Translations under genes and position numbers: made by a program
Notes under the pieces: model-generated
Databases searched by the model: none
The model's input: the letters and a program-made list of their open reading frames with translations, nothing else
Told to the model about the DNA's origin: nothing
IMG/VR virus record: IMGVR_UViG_3300025637_000052
Coordinates: 1 to 26,238 of that record
From: a virus
Lineage: Duplodnaviria; Caudoviricetes
DNA length: 26,238 bases
Reading direction: 5' to 3' (one strand)
In this document: positions 16,430 through 25,304 of the stretch, piece after piece
How positions within the stretch are numbered: the stretch's first letter is position 1
Layout of the letters: each line of letters begins with the position of its first letter

Positions 16430-18945
16430 AATGTTGTGAATGAATATGGTGCTGATGGTGATGATGCGTTTAATAGAATATCATAAGCAACAATAGTTAC
16501 AGAATAAGTTGTTCCTGATGTTAAGCCTGTAATCGTATCTGAATAGGTTGTTTGCAATGGTTGTGCCATTGACCCACCAACAGGGCTTCCATTAAAAGAT
16601 ACAACGTAATAAGACATAGTAGTTCCATCAGGTGATACAGATGGATTCCAATTAATAGTAACAGATGTTTGACCTATATTAGTAGCATTAACCCCTCCTA
16701 CTGTACTAGGTGGTGCTTCTGATGTTGCAGTTAATGTGCTTTTAACATCATTTAATAATTCAAAGTCTGTTTTCCCTGTTGTTAAGTTAGTTGTTAGGGA
16801 ATTTATCTTATAATTATTTTGACCTATTTGTATAAGGTTATTTAACTGCAAATTATAATAAATCTTCATAGGTAAGTATGCAGTAACCTTTGTTAATCTT
16901 CTTCTATTATTAAATACGTTACTTATGTATGTTCTATAATCAGTATAAAATAAAGTATCTGTAAAAGCTAAAGAATTAACTCCTGCTTCATTTGCCTGAT
17001 ATTCATTTATCTCATTTCCAAAATGTATATTTTCTTTACTTGTAGATGATGATAAAGCCAAAGCATTCGATGGAATAAAGTATTCGTCAATATCTTCAAT
17101 ATCACCCCCATCAAAATCTCTTATTCTTATGTTTGTTCCATTACCCTCTCTTATAGGATAAAATAATAAAGGCGACCCAAAATAAGGCTCTTGATTATCG
17201 TCTACAAAATAACCCCATTGAATATCTGTTGCAGTTCCACCTTGCACATCATAAAGCCTTTCATATTGCATATGCTCAAAAGGTACTTCTAGATTATAAG
17301 GTTTAGATGGTGCATCAAATATATCCCCGTTTAAAGTATATTGTAAGCTACCCCATTGTGTATTATTTAACTGCTCAAATTGTTTTGCTAAAAATGTTCC
17401 TAACCCTTTGTATTTAAATTCTACACTCGAAAAAGGTAATGCAACATTAACTGCTGATTTTGTAGTATCTAAATACTTATCAATATTTATAGGCTCTGAT
17501 ACAATATTTGAAAATTCAACACATTCAACTGACTCAACAGTTCCTCCATCTGCAATCACCCTTTTCACATATTGATTCCCTGTTCCTGCATCATAATAAC
17601 TATCTAAAGTTCTAACAACAATAGTTCCTGTATTATCTACATAAGCAGTTAAATTAAACATCTTAAAAAGACCTGTCAAGAATTCTATAATAGTCATCTT
17701 AGGTATTTGCTCCTGTATATTAAACTCCTTAAAAGCAGTTGTAGTAAATGTTGAAGCATTAGAAAATATCATTTGACCATTATTACCAAATCCACCGATA
17801 GTTCCTGTTGTCCAACTTACAGTCATTGTTATACTACTTGCTGCAAAAGTCATAGTAGTAGATGATGCAATTTGAATAGAATAAGTACTATTATTCCAAG
17901 GCACTAATATAAGTTGCTGATTGCCTGTTCCTGTTTTTTCTCCTACAACTATTGACCCATTTCTAATAACCTTAACAGTATAGGCATCTGTCGTATTTGG
18001 TGGTACAACATCTAAACTTAAAAAAGAAATGCTATAAGGCGATGTAGCAGTTGTAGACACAATTCCATTAGTTGCATTGGCTACTGATGGTTGGCAGTTT
18101 GTAGTTGGAACGCATACTGTTGTCCCTAACTCTGTTACTTGTGTGAAATTCTGTAATACTTGTGATGGTGCTTCTACATCTCCTTTCTTTCTGTGCAACC
18201 ACATAAAAAGGCTATCAAACTTTTCATTTGTAGTATTATTAAAAAAATCATCTGAGAAAGTAATTGTTTGACCACCTGCAAATTCTTCTGATTGTATAGC
18301 ATCTAATATTGCCTGTACTTTTATAGCGTATTTAAATTGAGTATAATTAACCCCGTTTTGATTAATTGTTCCTGTTCCGTGATGTGATATGTTGTTAATT
18401 TGTTCTTCATTATCATATTGTTCGTGTGACCCACTATCGTAAATTAATCTGTTTGTATGTGTGATTAAAGGCACTATGATATCACCATTTTCTTGTGCAT
18501 TTTGCATTGCAGCAGTAATACCATCAAAGCTATAAATTTGATTTAATGATTGTGGGTATTGTAATGCTGATAATTGAGTGCTTCCTAATAAATCTTTTAA
18601 GTTTACAGTATTACCAAAAAATGTAATATTATAAGTATGAGGTACATTGTTTTTTAACTTTACTCCATCTAGTTTTAACATACCCTCTTTAAAAGGTAAG
18701 TCGTTTAATTCTAATTTAGATGGCACTTTACTTCTAGCATCAAAAGTATCATCAATATCAAAATTATAATAATGAGTGAATATCTTGTTGTTTACTTTAG
18801 AAGCAGGAACTGCGAATGTCTTAGTAAATTCTGTGAATATTTTACTAATATCTTTTACGTTTTGTAATGTCTGCGTAAAAGAAACTGATTCATCTTTGAA
18901 TAAATCTACCCTCTGACCCTGTATGTAAAGTTGTAACTTTTGCAT
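16426..18945 (-). CDS. Large tail-tip/hub-like structural protein with C-terminal fibronectin type III domain, 839 aa
   Basis: FTKTFAVPASKVNNKIF N-terminus and EFLTGLFKMFNL. FN3 pattern (TSVTINWNP...YYVVS...LTSGTTYSVTIVAYD) at about 16426-16716. Confidence 0.7.
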   Translation of the reverse strand: MQKLQLYIQGQRVDLFKDESVSFTQTLQNVKDISKIFTEFTKTFAVPASKVNNKIFTHYYNFDIDDTFDARSKVPSKLELNDLPFKEGMLKLDGVKLKNNVPHTYNITFFGNTVNLKDLLGSTQLSALQYPQSLNQIYSFDGITAAMQNAQENGDIIVPLITHTNRLIYDSGSHEQYDNEEQINNISHHGTGTINQNGVNYTQFKYAIKVQAILDAIQSEEFAGGQTITFSDDFFNNTTNEKFDSLFMWLHRKKGDVEAPSQVLQNFTQVTELGTTVCVPTTNCQPSVANATNGIVSTTATSPYSISFLSLDVVPPNTTDAYTVKVIRNGSIVVGEKTGTGNQQLILVPWNNSTYSIQIASSTTMTFAASSITMTVSWTTGTIGGFGNNGQMIFSNASTFTTTAFKEFNIQEQIPKMTIIEFLTGLFKMFNLTAYVDNTGTIVVRTLDSYYDAGTGNQYVKRVIADGGTVESVECVEFSNIVSEPINIDKYLDTTKSAVNVALPFSSVEFKYKGLGTFLAKQFEQLNNTQWGSLQYTLNGDIFDAPSKPYNLEVPFEHMQYERLYDVQGGTATDIQWGYFVDDNQEPYFGSPLLFYPIREGNGTNIRIRDFDGGDIEDIDEYFIPSNALALSSSTSKENIHFGNEINEYQANEAGVNSLAFTDTLFYTDYRTYISNVFNNRRRLTKVTAYLPMKIYYNLQLNNLIQIGQNNYKINSLTTNLTTGKTDFELLNDVKSTLTATSEAPPSTVGGVNATNIGQTSVTINWNPSVSPDGTTMSYYVVSFNGSPVGGSMAQPLQTTYSDTITGLTSGTTYSVTIVAYDILLNASSPSAPYSFTTL

Positions 18946-18995
18946 CTATGTTATTCTATGTTATTCTATGTTATTTTATGTTACCTTATGTTATT
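18946..18995. repeat. 10-bp tandem repeat, 3 exact plus 2 degenerate units
   Basis: (CTATGTTATT)x3, TTATGTTACC, TTATGTTATT. Confidence 0.9.
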
Positions 18996-19982
18996 TATGT
19001 AATCGTATGCTTCCTCAAATTCCATTGTATATTCTATTAACCTATCATTAACAGATGTTTTAAAATTAACTGATGAGGTTTTAACTTTCACAGGGGTAAC
19101 AATATTAACCCTACTATCTCCCCTACTTGGTATTTCCATCCATACATATTCTGACAATAGTAATTGCTCAAAAAATTCGTTTGCAAATTCAGGGTAATAT
19201 CCACTACTTAGGCTATGCGTTCTTTTTGCTTGTGTATTAAATACTTTATTAGGTGCATTTCTATTGGAATAGGTTGCGTGATTATTTGTTGGGTATGTTA
19301 TTGTATTTGATTTAAACCCCTCGTTTGTTCTACCTATTGCAGTTGTATTTTTTAAGAAAAACCAAAGTTCTTGTTGTGCACCATACTTGTTAATGAATAT
19401 AACTTTTTTACCATCACCATATTTAGTGCAATCTATTCTTTTAATTGTTACAGTAATACCATTCCAAACCACACTTGTTGGAGTGCCACTAACTATAAGT
19501 GCTGACAAATTTCCTGATAAATCAACATTTGGCAATATTGCAGCTTTTCCTTGTGGTGCTAATACTGTAATATTAAATGAACCACTTGAATTAAGTTCAT
19601 CTGCAATTAAAAACCTTGGTCTTAATTCGTAAACCAAAGGGTTAGAGTTTTCTGTAAAAGTTCCGTATGCTTCAAACCCTCTATCTGTATAAGTAGTTGC
19701 AGTTCCTACTGCAGTACCTTGACCATTTAACCCTGCGTAATTTGTTATAGTTGTAACTATGTCTACATATTGTGCGTGAAAATTACCCTTGTATTGTATT
19801 TCTAAATAATCCCTTGCAAGTTCTGATATATCAAAATTAACAGATGTACTCGCTTCTACATTTTTTGTTAATGTATATCTTAATGTTCCATCTACTGTAA
19901 CTGTACACACAGAAGAAAGCACCCCTGATGCAGGGATTTCTTTATGTTTAAATTGTGGGCTTCTTAATGCTATATCTGCCAT
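18981..19982 (-). CDS. Tail structural protein (possibly distal-tail-like), 333 aa
   Basis: Beta-rich with FINKYGAQQELWF and EQLLLSEYVWM motifs. Lies among the tail genes. Confidence 0.55.
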   Translation of the reverse strand: MADIALRSPQFKHKEIPASGVLSSVCTVTVDGTLRYTLTKNVEASTSVNFDISELARDYLEIQYKGNFHAQYVDIVTTITNYAGLNGQGTAVGTATTYTDRGFEAYGTFTENSNPLVYELRPRFLIADELNSSGSFNITVLAPQGKAAILPNVDLSGNLSALIVSGTPTSVVWNGITVTIKRIDCTKYGDGKKVIFINKYGAQQELWFFLKNTTAIGRTNEGFKSNTITYPTNNHATYSNRNAPNKVFNTQAKRTHSLSSGYYPEFANEFFEQLLLSEYVWMEIPSRGDSRVNIVTPVKVKTSSVNFKTSVNDRLIEYTMEFEEAYDYINNIR

Positions 19983-19985
19983 TGT

Positions 19986-20525
19986 TTATTTTTTTTGTCC
20001 TAATATTATTGAATTATCTACATCTTTAACAAAGCCTGCATACAATTCTTGTGATAGTTTTTCTATTCCTTTTTCAAATGGTTTAGTAAAGAATAAATTT
20101 GCTTTTAAACCTTTGTTGTAAATACTTCTAGATATTAAATAAGTCATAGTTTGATAACTCATAAACCTACCTTTTTCATCTCTCCATTGAAACCTTTTCT
20201 TTCTAAGCCAACCATCTATTCCTTTTCTTAAGCCACCTTTTGGTCCTGTACCACTACCATATTGAAATTGAGATAGTGCTGCCTGTGTTTCAGGATAGGT
20301 GCTTGTTTTACCTTTTACCCCTTTGTCTACGAACATTCCGTAGTCTTCCATTAAAAAGTCTACTAGAAATTCATCTGTATTTTCTAGTATATCATAACTT
20401 AAAGAATTGTATAAGTTACCATCACCCTTATTATCTTTTGTTAGATTTGTTCTAGCTTGTTTTATAACATACTTAGCATACTGCTCTAGAGCATCATTTA
20501 AATTTTTATAACCATTCATTAGCAA
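19986..20525 (-). CDS. Putative neck/tail-completion protein, 179 aa
   Basis: Basic protein with GNLYNSLSY, YGMFVDKGVKG and GLKANLFFTKPF motifs reminiscent of virion morphogenesis proteins. Confidence 0.55.
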   Translation of the reverse strand: MLMNGYKNLNDALEQYAKYVIKQARTNLTKDNKGDGNLYNSLSYDILENTDEFLVDFLMEDYGMFVDKGVKGKTSTYPETQAALSQFQYGSGTGPKGGLRKGIDGWLRKKRFQWRDEKGRFMSYQTMTYLISRSIYNKGLKANLFFTKPFEKGIEKLSQELYAGFVKDVDNSIILGQKK

Positions 20526-20989
20526 ATGTAAATATCATTGTATATCTGAACATCCATTGTTGCAGTCCACCCTGCTAGTTGATTATCAAACCTATCATAG
20601 AAAGGTGTTAGACTTGGGCTTCCATTTAATTGATACATATCTGTATGTAACTGACCCATCCTAAGTCTTTGTATAAGCCTATTTAAGACTGCTAGTTGAT
20701 TGTTTAGAATATTTTGTATATCGTTATTATCTGTAAAAATATCTGTTGTTTGTAGCTTTGATTGGTTTACAATATCACAGGCTAGAATACTTATATTAAA
20801 ATCTAAGGTTTGTTCATTTACTGTTACGTTGTTTACGATAATATGACTTAATGGAAATATATCTTGCTTACTTAAATTCACATCAGTAATATCCCCTGTT
20901 GTAACTGTATTTACATTTACATCTGCTAGTAGTTGTTCTTTTATGGTTTCTGTTAATTGATAGTAACCTCTTACTCCTTGATTGCTCAT
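20519..20989 (-). CDS. Putative tail terminator/completion protein, 156 aa
   Basis: Size and alpha/beta pattern (IFPLSHIIV, PFYDRFDNQLAGW), and position. Confidence 0.5.
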   Translation of the reverse strand: MSNQGVRGYYQLTETIKEQLLADVNVNTVTTGDITDVNLSKQDIFPLSHIIVNNVTVNEQTLDFNISILACDIVNQSKLQTTDIFTDNNDIQNILNNQLAVLNRLIQRLRMGQLHTDMYQLNGSPSLTPFYDRFDNQLAGWTATMDVQIYNDIYIC

Positions 20990-21240
20990 TTAAATTTCTT
21001 TTTAATCTGTTTTGCTTCCATTTCGTTTTTGTCTTTCATAAAAGATAGCATTGTAAAGCATTTATGCATTCCTAATTTAGTGATATTTTCAAATCGTGTA
21101 ATGTCTCCGTTAGCGAGTCCAAAAATTGATTGATACCATCCCCACTTTCTTGAGAATTGAGATACTGAGTCAAGGCTTCTGTCTCCCCCTCCTCCAAATA
21201 ATTCATCATAGTTTGCGACAATTCTAGACCTAAATTCCAC
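20986..21240 (-). CDS. -1 frameshift extension of the 21072-21722 protein (gpT-like)
   Basis: Frame opens right after a T10 run (21241-21250 on minus): VEFRSRIVANYDELFG...KWGWYQSIFGLANGD. Its stop overlaps the next ATG. Confidence 0.75.
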   Translation of the reverse strand: MEFRSRIVANYDELFGGGGDRSLDSVSQFSRKWGWYQSIFGLANGDITRFENITKLGMHKCFTMLSFMKDKNEMEAKQIKKKFK

Positions 21241-21722
21241 AAAAAAAAAATTGATGATAAAACTGCATCCATAGGCATATCCAATAAATTAACAGAATTT
21301 TCTATTTGGTATTCTTCAATATTATATTTGTCTTTTAACCTTACTATAATTGGTCTGTATAAAACATTCATAGCTTTCTCCATATTATCCCAATCTCCTA
21401 TAAAATTATCAAGGTCAATATATTCCCCTAGCAATAAATCATCTAATTCAGGGTGAAAGCCATACTCTACGCCATTTAATTTAAATTTAGTTACTAAGCT
21501 AGGCTTTTGATTAAATAGTTCACTCAGAACGCTTATTATATCATTGGTGTCTTTTAACTTTAACCTGATAACATCTTTAAGTTCTATATTACAGAAAATT
21601 TCAATCATCTTAGCATTTAGAAATCTATCTTCTGTTTCACTTTGTTGAATCTTTAAAAACCTTTTATATTGTCTTAAAGTAATTTCACTTAATGAATTTG
21701 GTATTTTAATTTTAATTGCCAT
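21072..21722 (-). CDS. Putative tail assembly chaperone (first module), 216 aa
   Basis: IPNSLSEITLRQY N-terminus, internal slippery ATT TTT TTT TTG, own promoter motif. Confidence 0.7.
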   Translation of the reverse strand: MAIKIKIPNSLSEITLRQYKRFLKIQQSETEDRFLNAKMIEIFCNIELKDVIRLKLKDTNDIISVLSELFNQKPSLVTKFKLNGVEYGFHPELDDLLLGEYIDLDNFIGDWDNMEKAMNVLYRPIIVRLKDKYNIEEYQIENSVNLLDMPMDAVLSSIFFLWNLGLELSQTMMNYLEEGETEALTQYLNSQESGDGINQFLDSLTETLHDLKISLN

Positions 21723-21727
21723 ACTAT

Positions 21728-21753
21728 TATAACGTATTTTATTTAGTTTTTTA
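21728..21753 (-). promoter_or_regulatory. Putative phage late promoter YAAA-N15-CGTTATA
   Basis: TAAAAAACTAAATAAAATA-CGTTATA, 5 nt before the ATG. Confidence 0.7.
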
Positions 21754-21769
21754 TTTCAATAAAGGTAAT

Positions 21770-21797
21770 AAAAAAAAGGTAGCCATTTCTGACTACC
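21770..21797 (-). terminator. Intrinsic terminator closing the micro-ORF island
   Basis: GGTAGTC-AGAAAT-GGCTACC followed by a T-run. Confidence 0.8.
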
Positions 21798-21838
21798 CCA
21801 CAGAAAGCTACTAAGTAGCCATTGCACAAAGAATATTT

Positions 21839-21964
21839 TTATCTCATACTCGCTTCAAAACAAGTTCCCGAGCAATACCCTGCATCGGTTCCTAGTGGCT
21901 TACCACATTCTGAACATTCATATTCTTTTTGTTCGTGTGGATTTAAACAATCGTACCATTCCAT
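21839..21964 (-). CDS. Zinc-finger microprotein, 41 aa (not in the ORF track)
   Basis: MEWYDCLNPHEQKEYECSECGKPLGTDAGYCSGTCFEASMR, with a CxxC...YCSxxC treble-clef-like pattern. Confidence 0.7.
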   Translation of the reverse strand: MEWYDCLNPHEQKEYECSECGKPLGTDAGYCSGTCFEASMR

Positions 21965-21967
21965 ATT

Positions 21968-22054
21968 TTAAATATTAAAAATTAAACCTATTAATAATCT
22001 ACCTATAAAATAGCTTGGTGCTAAAATCAATACTAAAGTTTGTAATTTTTTCAT
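21968..22054 (-). CDS. Hydrophobic micropeptide, 28 aa (not in the ORF track)
   Basis: MKKLQTLVLILAPSYFIGRLLIGLIFNI, preceded by an AAAAACAGAACAG leader. Confidence 0.55.
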   Translation of the reverse strand: MKKLQTLVLILAPSYFIGRLLIGLIFNI

Positions 22055-22095
22055 CTGTTCTGTTTTTAAAGGGAGGTTTTACCCTCCCGTTGTTT

Positions 22096-22251
22096 TTATT
22101 TAGATACTATGTATATTTTTTTTAAATCCCTTGCTATTCTTTCGTATAAAGCGACTTCTTGTTTTAAAGTAGCACCCTTGATATACCAAGAATAACCTTG
22201 TATTGCTTTGCTTTCTAAATTTCTAAATTCTTGTCTTGTTACTATTGTCAT
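22096..22251 (-). CDS. Hypothetical microprotein, 51 aa (not in the ORF track)
   Basis: MTIVTRQEFRNLESKAIQGYSWYIKGATLKQEVALYERIARDLKKIYIVSK, first ORF after a consensus promoter. Confidence 0.6.
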   Translation of the reverse strand: MTIVTRQEFRNLESKAIQGYSWYIKGATLKQEVALYERIARDLKKIYIVSK

Positions 22252-22279
22252 AATTTCTGTTGTTATAATTAATAATATT

Positions 22280-22310
22280 CAAATATAACATTATTTATTT
22301 AATTAACAAA
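22280..22310 (-). promoter_or_regulatory. Bacteroidetes primary-sigma promoter (-33/-7)
   Basis: TTTG-N19-TATATTTG, an exact match to TTTG-N19-21-TAnnTTTG. Confidence 0.8.
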
Positions 22311-22327
22311 ATATTTAATAACTTTTT

Positions 22328-23482
22328 TTAATGTAAAGTATATTTACCAAAGTTTGGTTTGCTTAATACTGAATAAGTAGCATATCTGATAGCATCAATA
22401 ATATGGTTATTTTTATCAATAGGTTTATTAATCATTTTACCACTTCTATCTTCTTGCCATTTATAGTTCCTAAATTCCTGTATAGCATTATGGCTATCTT
22501 TTAAGATATGTATTTTAAAGCGTTTTAATAAATCTATTCCTGCATTTATACTATCAGCACCTTTTAAACTTGGTCTGACATTCCAACCCATCCTACGCAG
22601 TTCCTCAATCAATCTAGGCTCAGCTGAATCAAAGTATATTGTTTGTCTTTCTATTCCAACTTCTTTCCATTTCTTATGGATATCTATTGTAGTCATTTGA
22701 GTTTGATACAAATGTTCTTTAACGTAAAGGTCATAGTCTTTTCTAAATACAGAAACTAAACTCGTCGGGTCATTGGTATATCCTGCATCTGCACCAAAGC
22801 TAATAAATTCTGCATCTTCAGGAATTTGATTTACCTCAACATAACTAAATATAGTTGATTTACTGATTCCCTTTATACCAAGTCCGTAGATTTGCCAATA
22901 TTGTTCGTCAGTATATTTTAGTCTTTCAATCTCTTCCTTAATGCTATCACTAAGGAAACTATTATCCAAATAAGTAGTAATGTTAAAATCGGCATCTTGT
23001 CTAGGTATTACCTTGTCATAAATCCAATGGTATTCATCTGATGGATTAAAGTCAAGAATTATTTTTTCATCTGTCCTAAATATTAATTGCTGCCAATCCT
23101 CGTAATCTAGTTCATTGGCTTCATTTATAAATAGTAAGTTTCTTTTTCTACCTCTAACTTTTTGTGGTTGGTCTAAAGAAATAAATTCTACTAGGTTTCC
23201 ATTAATCTTGTATTCGTGATTTGATTTATTATGGTTAGCTTCAAAGTAGCAATTATGTATTTTTAATATATCTAAAAAATCCCTCATTACAGATGCCCTT
23301 ACTGATGGGAATGTTTTTCTACATATTGTTATTGTCTTTCCTGTATTCTTTAATGAATAATGAAATATAATATACAACAGTATGTTATAAGTCTTACCCG
23401 ACCTAGTTCCACCTTGTTCTATTGATATTTTTTTATCTGTTTCTAATAGATGCTCAAAAACTACATTAGTCTTTATCTTCAC
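22328..23482 (-). CDS. terL: Terminase large subunit, PBSX-like family, 384 aa
   Basis: Walker A EQGGTRSGKT, Walker B LLFINEANE, motif III LDFNP, and nuclease DAGYTNDP...DSAEP...NHIIDAIRYA. Confidence 0.96.
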   Translation of the reverse strand: MKIKTNVVFEHLLETDKKISIEQGGTRSGKTYNILLYIIFHYSLKNTGKTITICRKTFPSVRASVMRDFLDILKIHNCYFEANHNKSNHEYKINGNLVEFISLDQPQKVRGRKRNLLFINEANELDYEDWQQLIFRTDEKIILDFNPSDEYHWIYDKVIPRQDADFNITTYLDNSFLSDSIKEEIERLKYTDEQYWQIYGLGIKGISKSTIFSYVEVNQIPEDAEFISFGADAGYTNDPTSLVSVFRKDYDLYVKEHLYQTQMTTIDIHKKWKEVGIERQTIYFDSAEPRLIEELRRMGWNVRPSLKGADSINAGIDLLKRFKIHILKDSHNAIQEFRNYKWQEDRSGKMINKPIDKNNHIIDAIRYATYSVLSKPNFGKYTLH

Positions 23483-23825
23483 TATTCTTAATTATTTCAA
23501 TCTGAAAATTAGTTGGCATTCCATCTGCTCCTGTTATCTCTTGCCTTTCAACATATCCTCTTTTCTTTCCTTTTGTCTTTAAATAGAATATTGTAGCTGC
23601 AGTTGAATTATCAGAAATCTGTTTATGTAATTGACTTTCTGCAAAGTCTAAAGCAACGTTCTCTATTTCCTGTACTGCTATTGCAAACATTTCATCTTCC
23701 TTTAGCCATTTATAATATGTGCTTCGAGGTATATCTGCTTTCTTACAAGCTACTGTAACAACTCCTAGACTTTGTTCTAGTGCAGCTAATAGTGATTCCT
23801 TTTTTATGTGTCTACTTTCGTTCAT
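23466..23825 (-). CDS. terS: Terminase small subunit (HTH)
   Basis: HTH-like VTVACKKADIPRSTYYKWL and ATIFYLKTKGKKRGYVER. Overlaps the terL start. ATG 23825 preferred. Confidence 0.8.
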   Translation of the reverse strand: MNESRHIKKESLLAALEQSLGVVTVACKKADIPRSTYYKWLKEDEMFAIAVQEIENVALDFAESQLHKQISDNSTAATIFYLKTKGKKRGYVERQEITGADGMPTNFQIEIIKNSEDKD

Positions 23826-23826
23826 A

Positions 23827-24627
23827 TTATTTGTCAAACCCATTTAATGGATAAAAAATTAAACTATTTCTGTATGCTTCTTCATTCTGCATAATTATCT
23901 TTGTAACTCCGTGAATGTTATACCAAGCAGGATACACTAAAATACTGTTATTTGATTGCTCAAATGTATGATTAAAATCGGGTACACATAATGCTCCACC
24001 TTTAGTATCTTTCCTTTTGGTTAATATTACATTTACTGTATTTTTTAAATTACCCCTATCTTGATGAAATGGAGCAGCTATATTATAATTAGATATACTA
24101 CTTGTAAATAGTTCTCCGAATCTATATTTAGGTAATGTAGTTTCTTCTATCAGTTTTTTTTGTGATTCATATTGTTCAGGCATATATTTCTTGATTAATT
24201 TTTCTGATTCCTTACAAGTTAATAACATTGCCTTGATAAATGTTTTTGCTTTTTTATGTGTGTGTACTGTTGATACAGAATTGTAAGGTCTTCTTAAATG
24301 TGGCTTTGCTAAAACCCCACCTAGTATAGTAGACATTTGAACAGTATTTCTTGCTTTAGCTTCTGCTCTACTTATACCATATTTTTTCTGCATAGCATAA
24401 ACATCTGACCTTTCAAGTAAAGACTTAGGAACATTTTTACTTAGAAATTCATTGTTCGCTATATTTAAATATTGATTTAATTTTTCAGGTAGTTCTGTTA
24501 GATAGAAACCAATAACCTTGCCATCATATTCTAATAAACAACTTTCAGTAACTGTAGGTGGAACATAATCACATTTTGAGCCAATCTTTACGTTATGTTC
24601 GTTTAGTTCTAATTTTAGTGTTTTCAT
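23827..24627 (-). CDS. TET/JBP-family 2OG-Fe(II) dioxygenase, 266 aa
   Basis: FTSSISNYNIAAPFHQDRGN (HxD), GGALCVPD, NIHGVTKI (distal His) and RNSLIFY (2OG-binding Arg). Confidence 0.88.
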   Translation of the reverse strand: MKTLKLELNEHNVKIGSKCDYVPPTVTESCLLEYDGKVIGFYLTELPEKLNQYLNIANNEFLSKNVPKSLLERSDVYAMQKKYGISRAEAKARNTVQMSTILGGVLAKPHLRRPYNSVSTVHTHKKAKTFIKAMLLTCKESEKLIKKYMPEQYESQKKLIEETTLPKYRFGELFTSSISNYNIAAPFHQDRGNLKNTVNVILTKRKDTKGGALCVPDFNHTFEQSNNSILVYPAWYNIHGVTKIIMQNEEAYRNSLIFYPLNGFDK

Positions 24628-25304
24628 ATTAGTATTTCGTTTTTTCTTTTTGTGTTTAGCTTAATTTTATCACCCCACTTTGATTTTAAAATCATTATAT
24701 TTTTTTGTTCTTCTTTGTCATTTCTAATATCAACTGCCCCTCCTGCGTTAGAATAATGCTGAAATGTAAATAAATATTTTTGATACCTTAAAACTTTAGC
24801 TTTTTGTATGTGTTGTAAAGTAAAATCATAATCTTCCTTTAAAGTTAGTTGATTATCAAACCTCAATTCATTTGGCTTAACAAATAACATATCTCCAATA
24901 CAAAACTTATTCTCTACAACTATTTTATTAGCAAAGAAAAAATTATCTGTTGGTGGAACACCCATTAAGTAAACTCCGTTTATTTTTTTAAACTTACCTA
25001 CAATATCTTCTATTGCTTCATCTAAAGGTACTGTTCTTTTTTTTACAAAATTTTTATTTGTTGTTACCTTTTTTATATCATCACTAAGTTGAATACAAAT
25101 AGAGTTATTTTTAAATGAATGTTCAAGTGCAAAATTTCTGCTATCCATTAGGTTTCCCGTATTGTAAACTTCCTTACAACCATTTTGTTCATATAATTTT
25201 TTTTGACCATTTTTAACACAAAAGATATATTTTTCTTTTTGTTCATCATTGAATGGTAAATCATTATATCTATTAGCACTAATCACATAAACTTTATGAT
25301 TCAT
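24624..25304 (-). CDS. TET-associated glycosyltransferase (TAGT/GREB1-like, GT-A fold), 226 aa
   Basis: VYVISANR, SRNFALE, CIQLSDDI, KEDYDFTLQ, NAGGA and LKSKW motifs. ATGA-coupled to the TET gene. Confidence 0.8.
   Translation of the reverse strand: MNHKVYVISANRYNDLPFNDEQKEKYIFCVKNGQKKLYEQNGCKEVYNTGNLMDSRNFALEHSFKNNSICIQLSDDIKKVTTNKNFVKKRTVPLDEAIEDIVGKFKKINGVYLMGVPPTDNFFFANKIVVENKFCIGDMLFVKPNELRFDNQLTLKEDYDFTLQHIQKAKVLRYQKYLFTFQHYSNAGGAVDIRNDKEEQKNIMILKSKWGDKIKLNTKRKNEILI

Noticed and set aside
18946-18995. Repeat considered as a CRISPR array
   Set aside because: 10-bp contiguous units without spacers.
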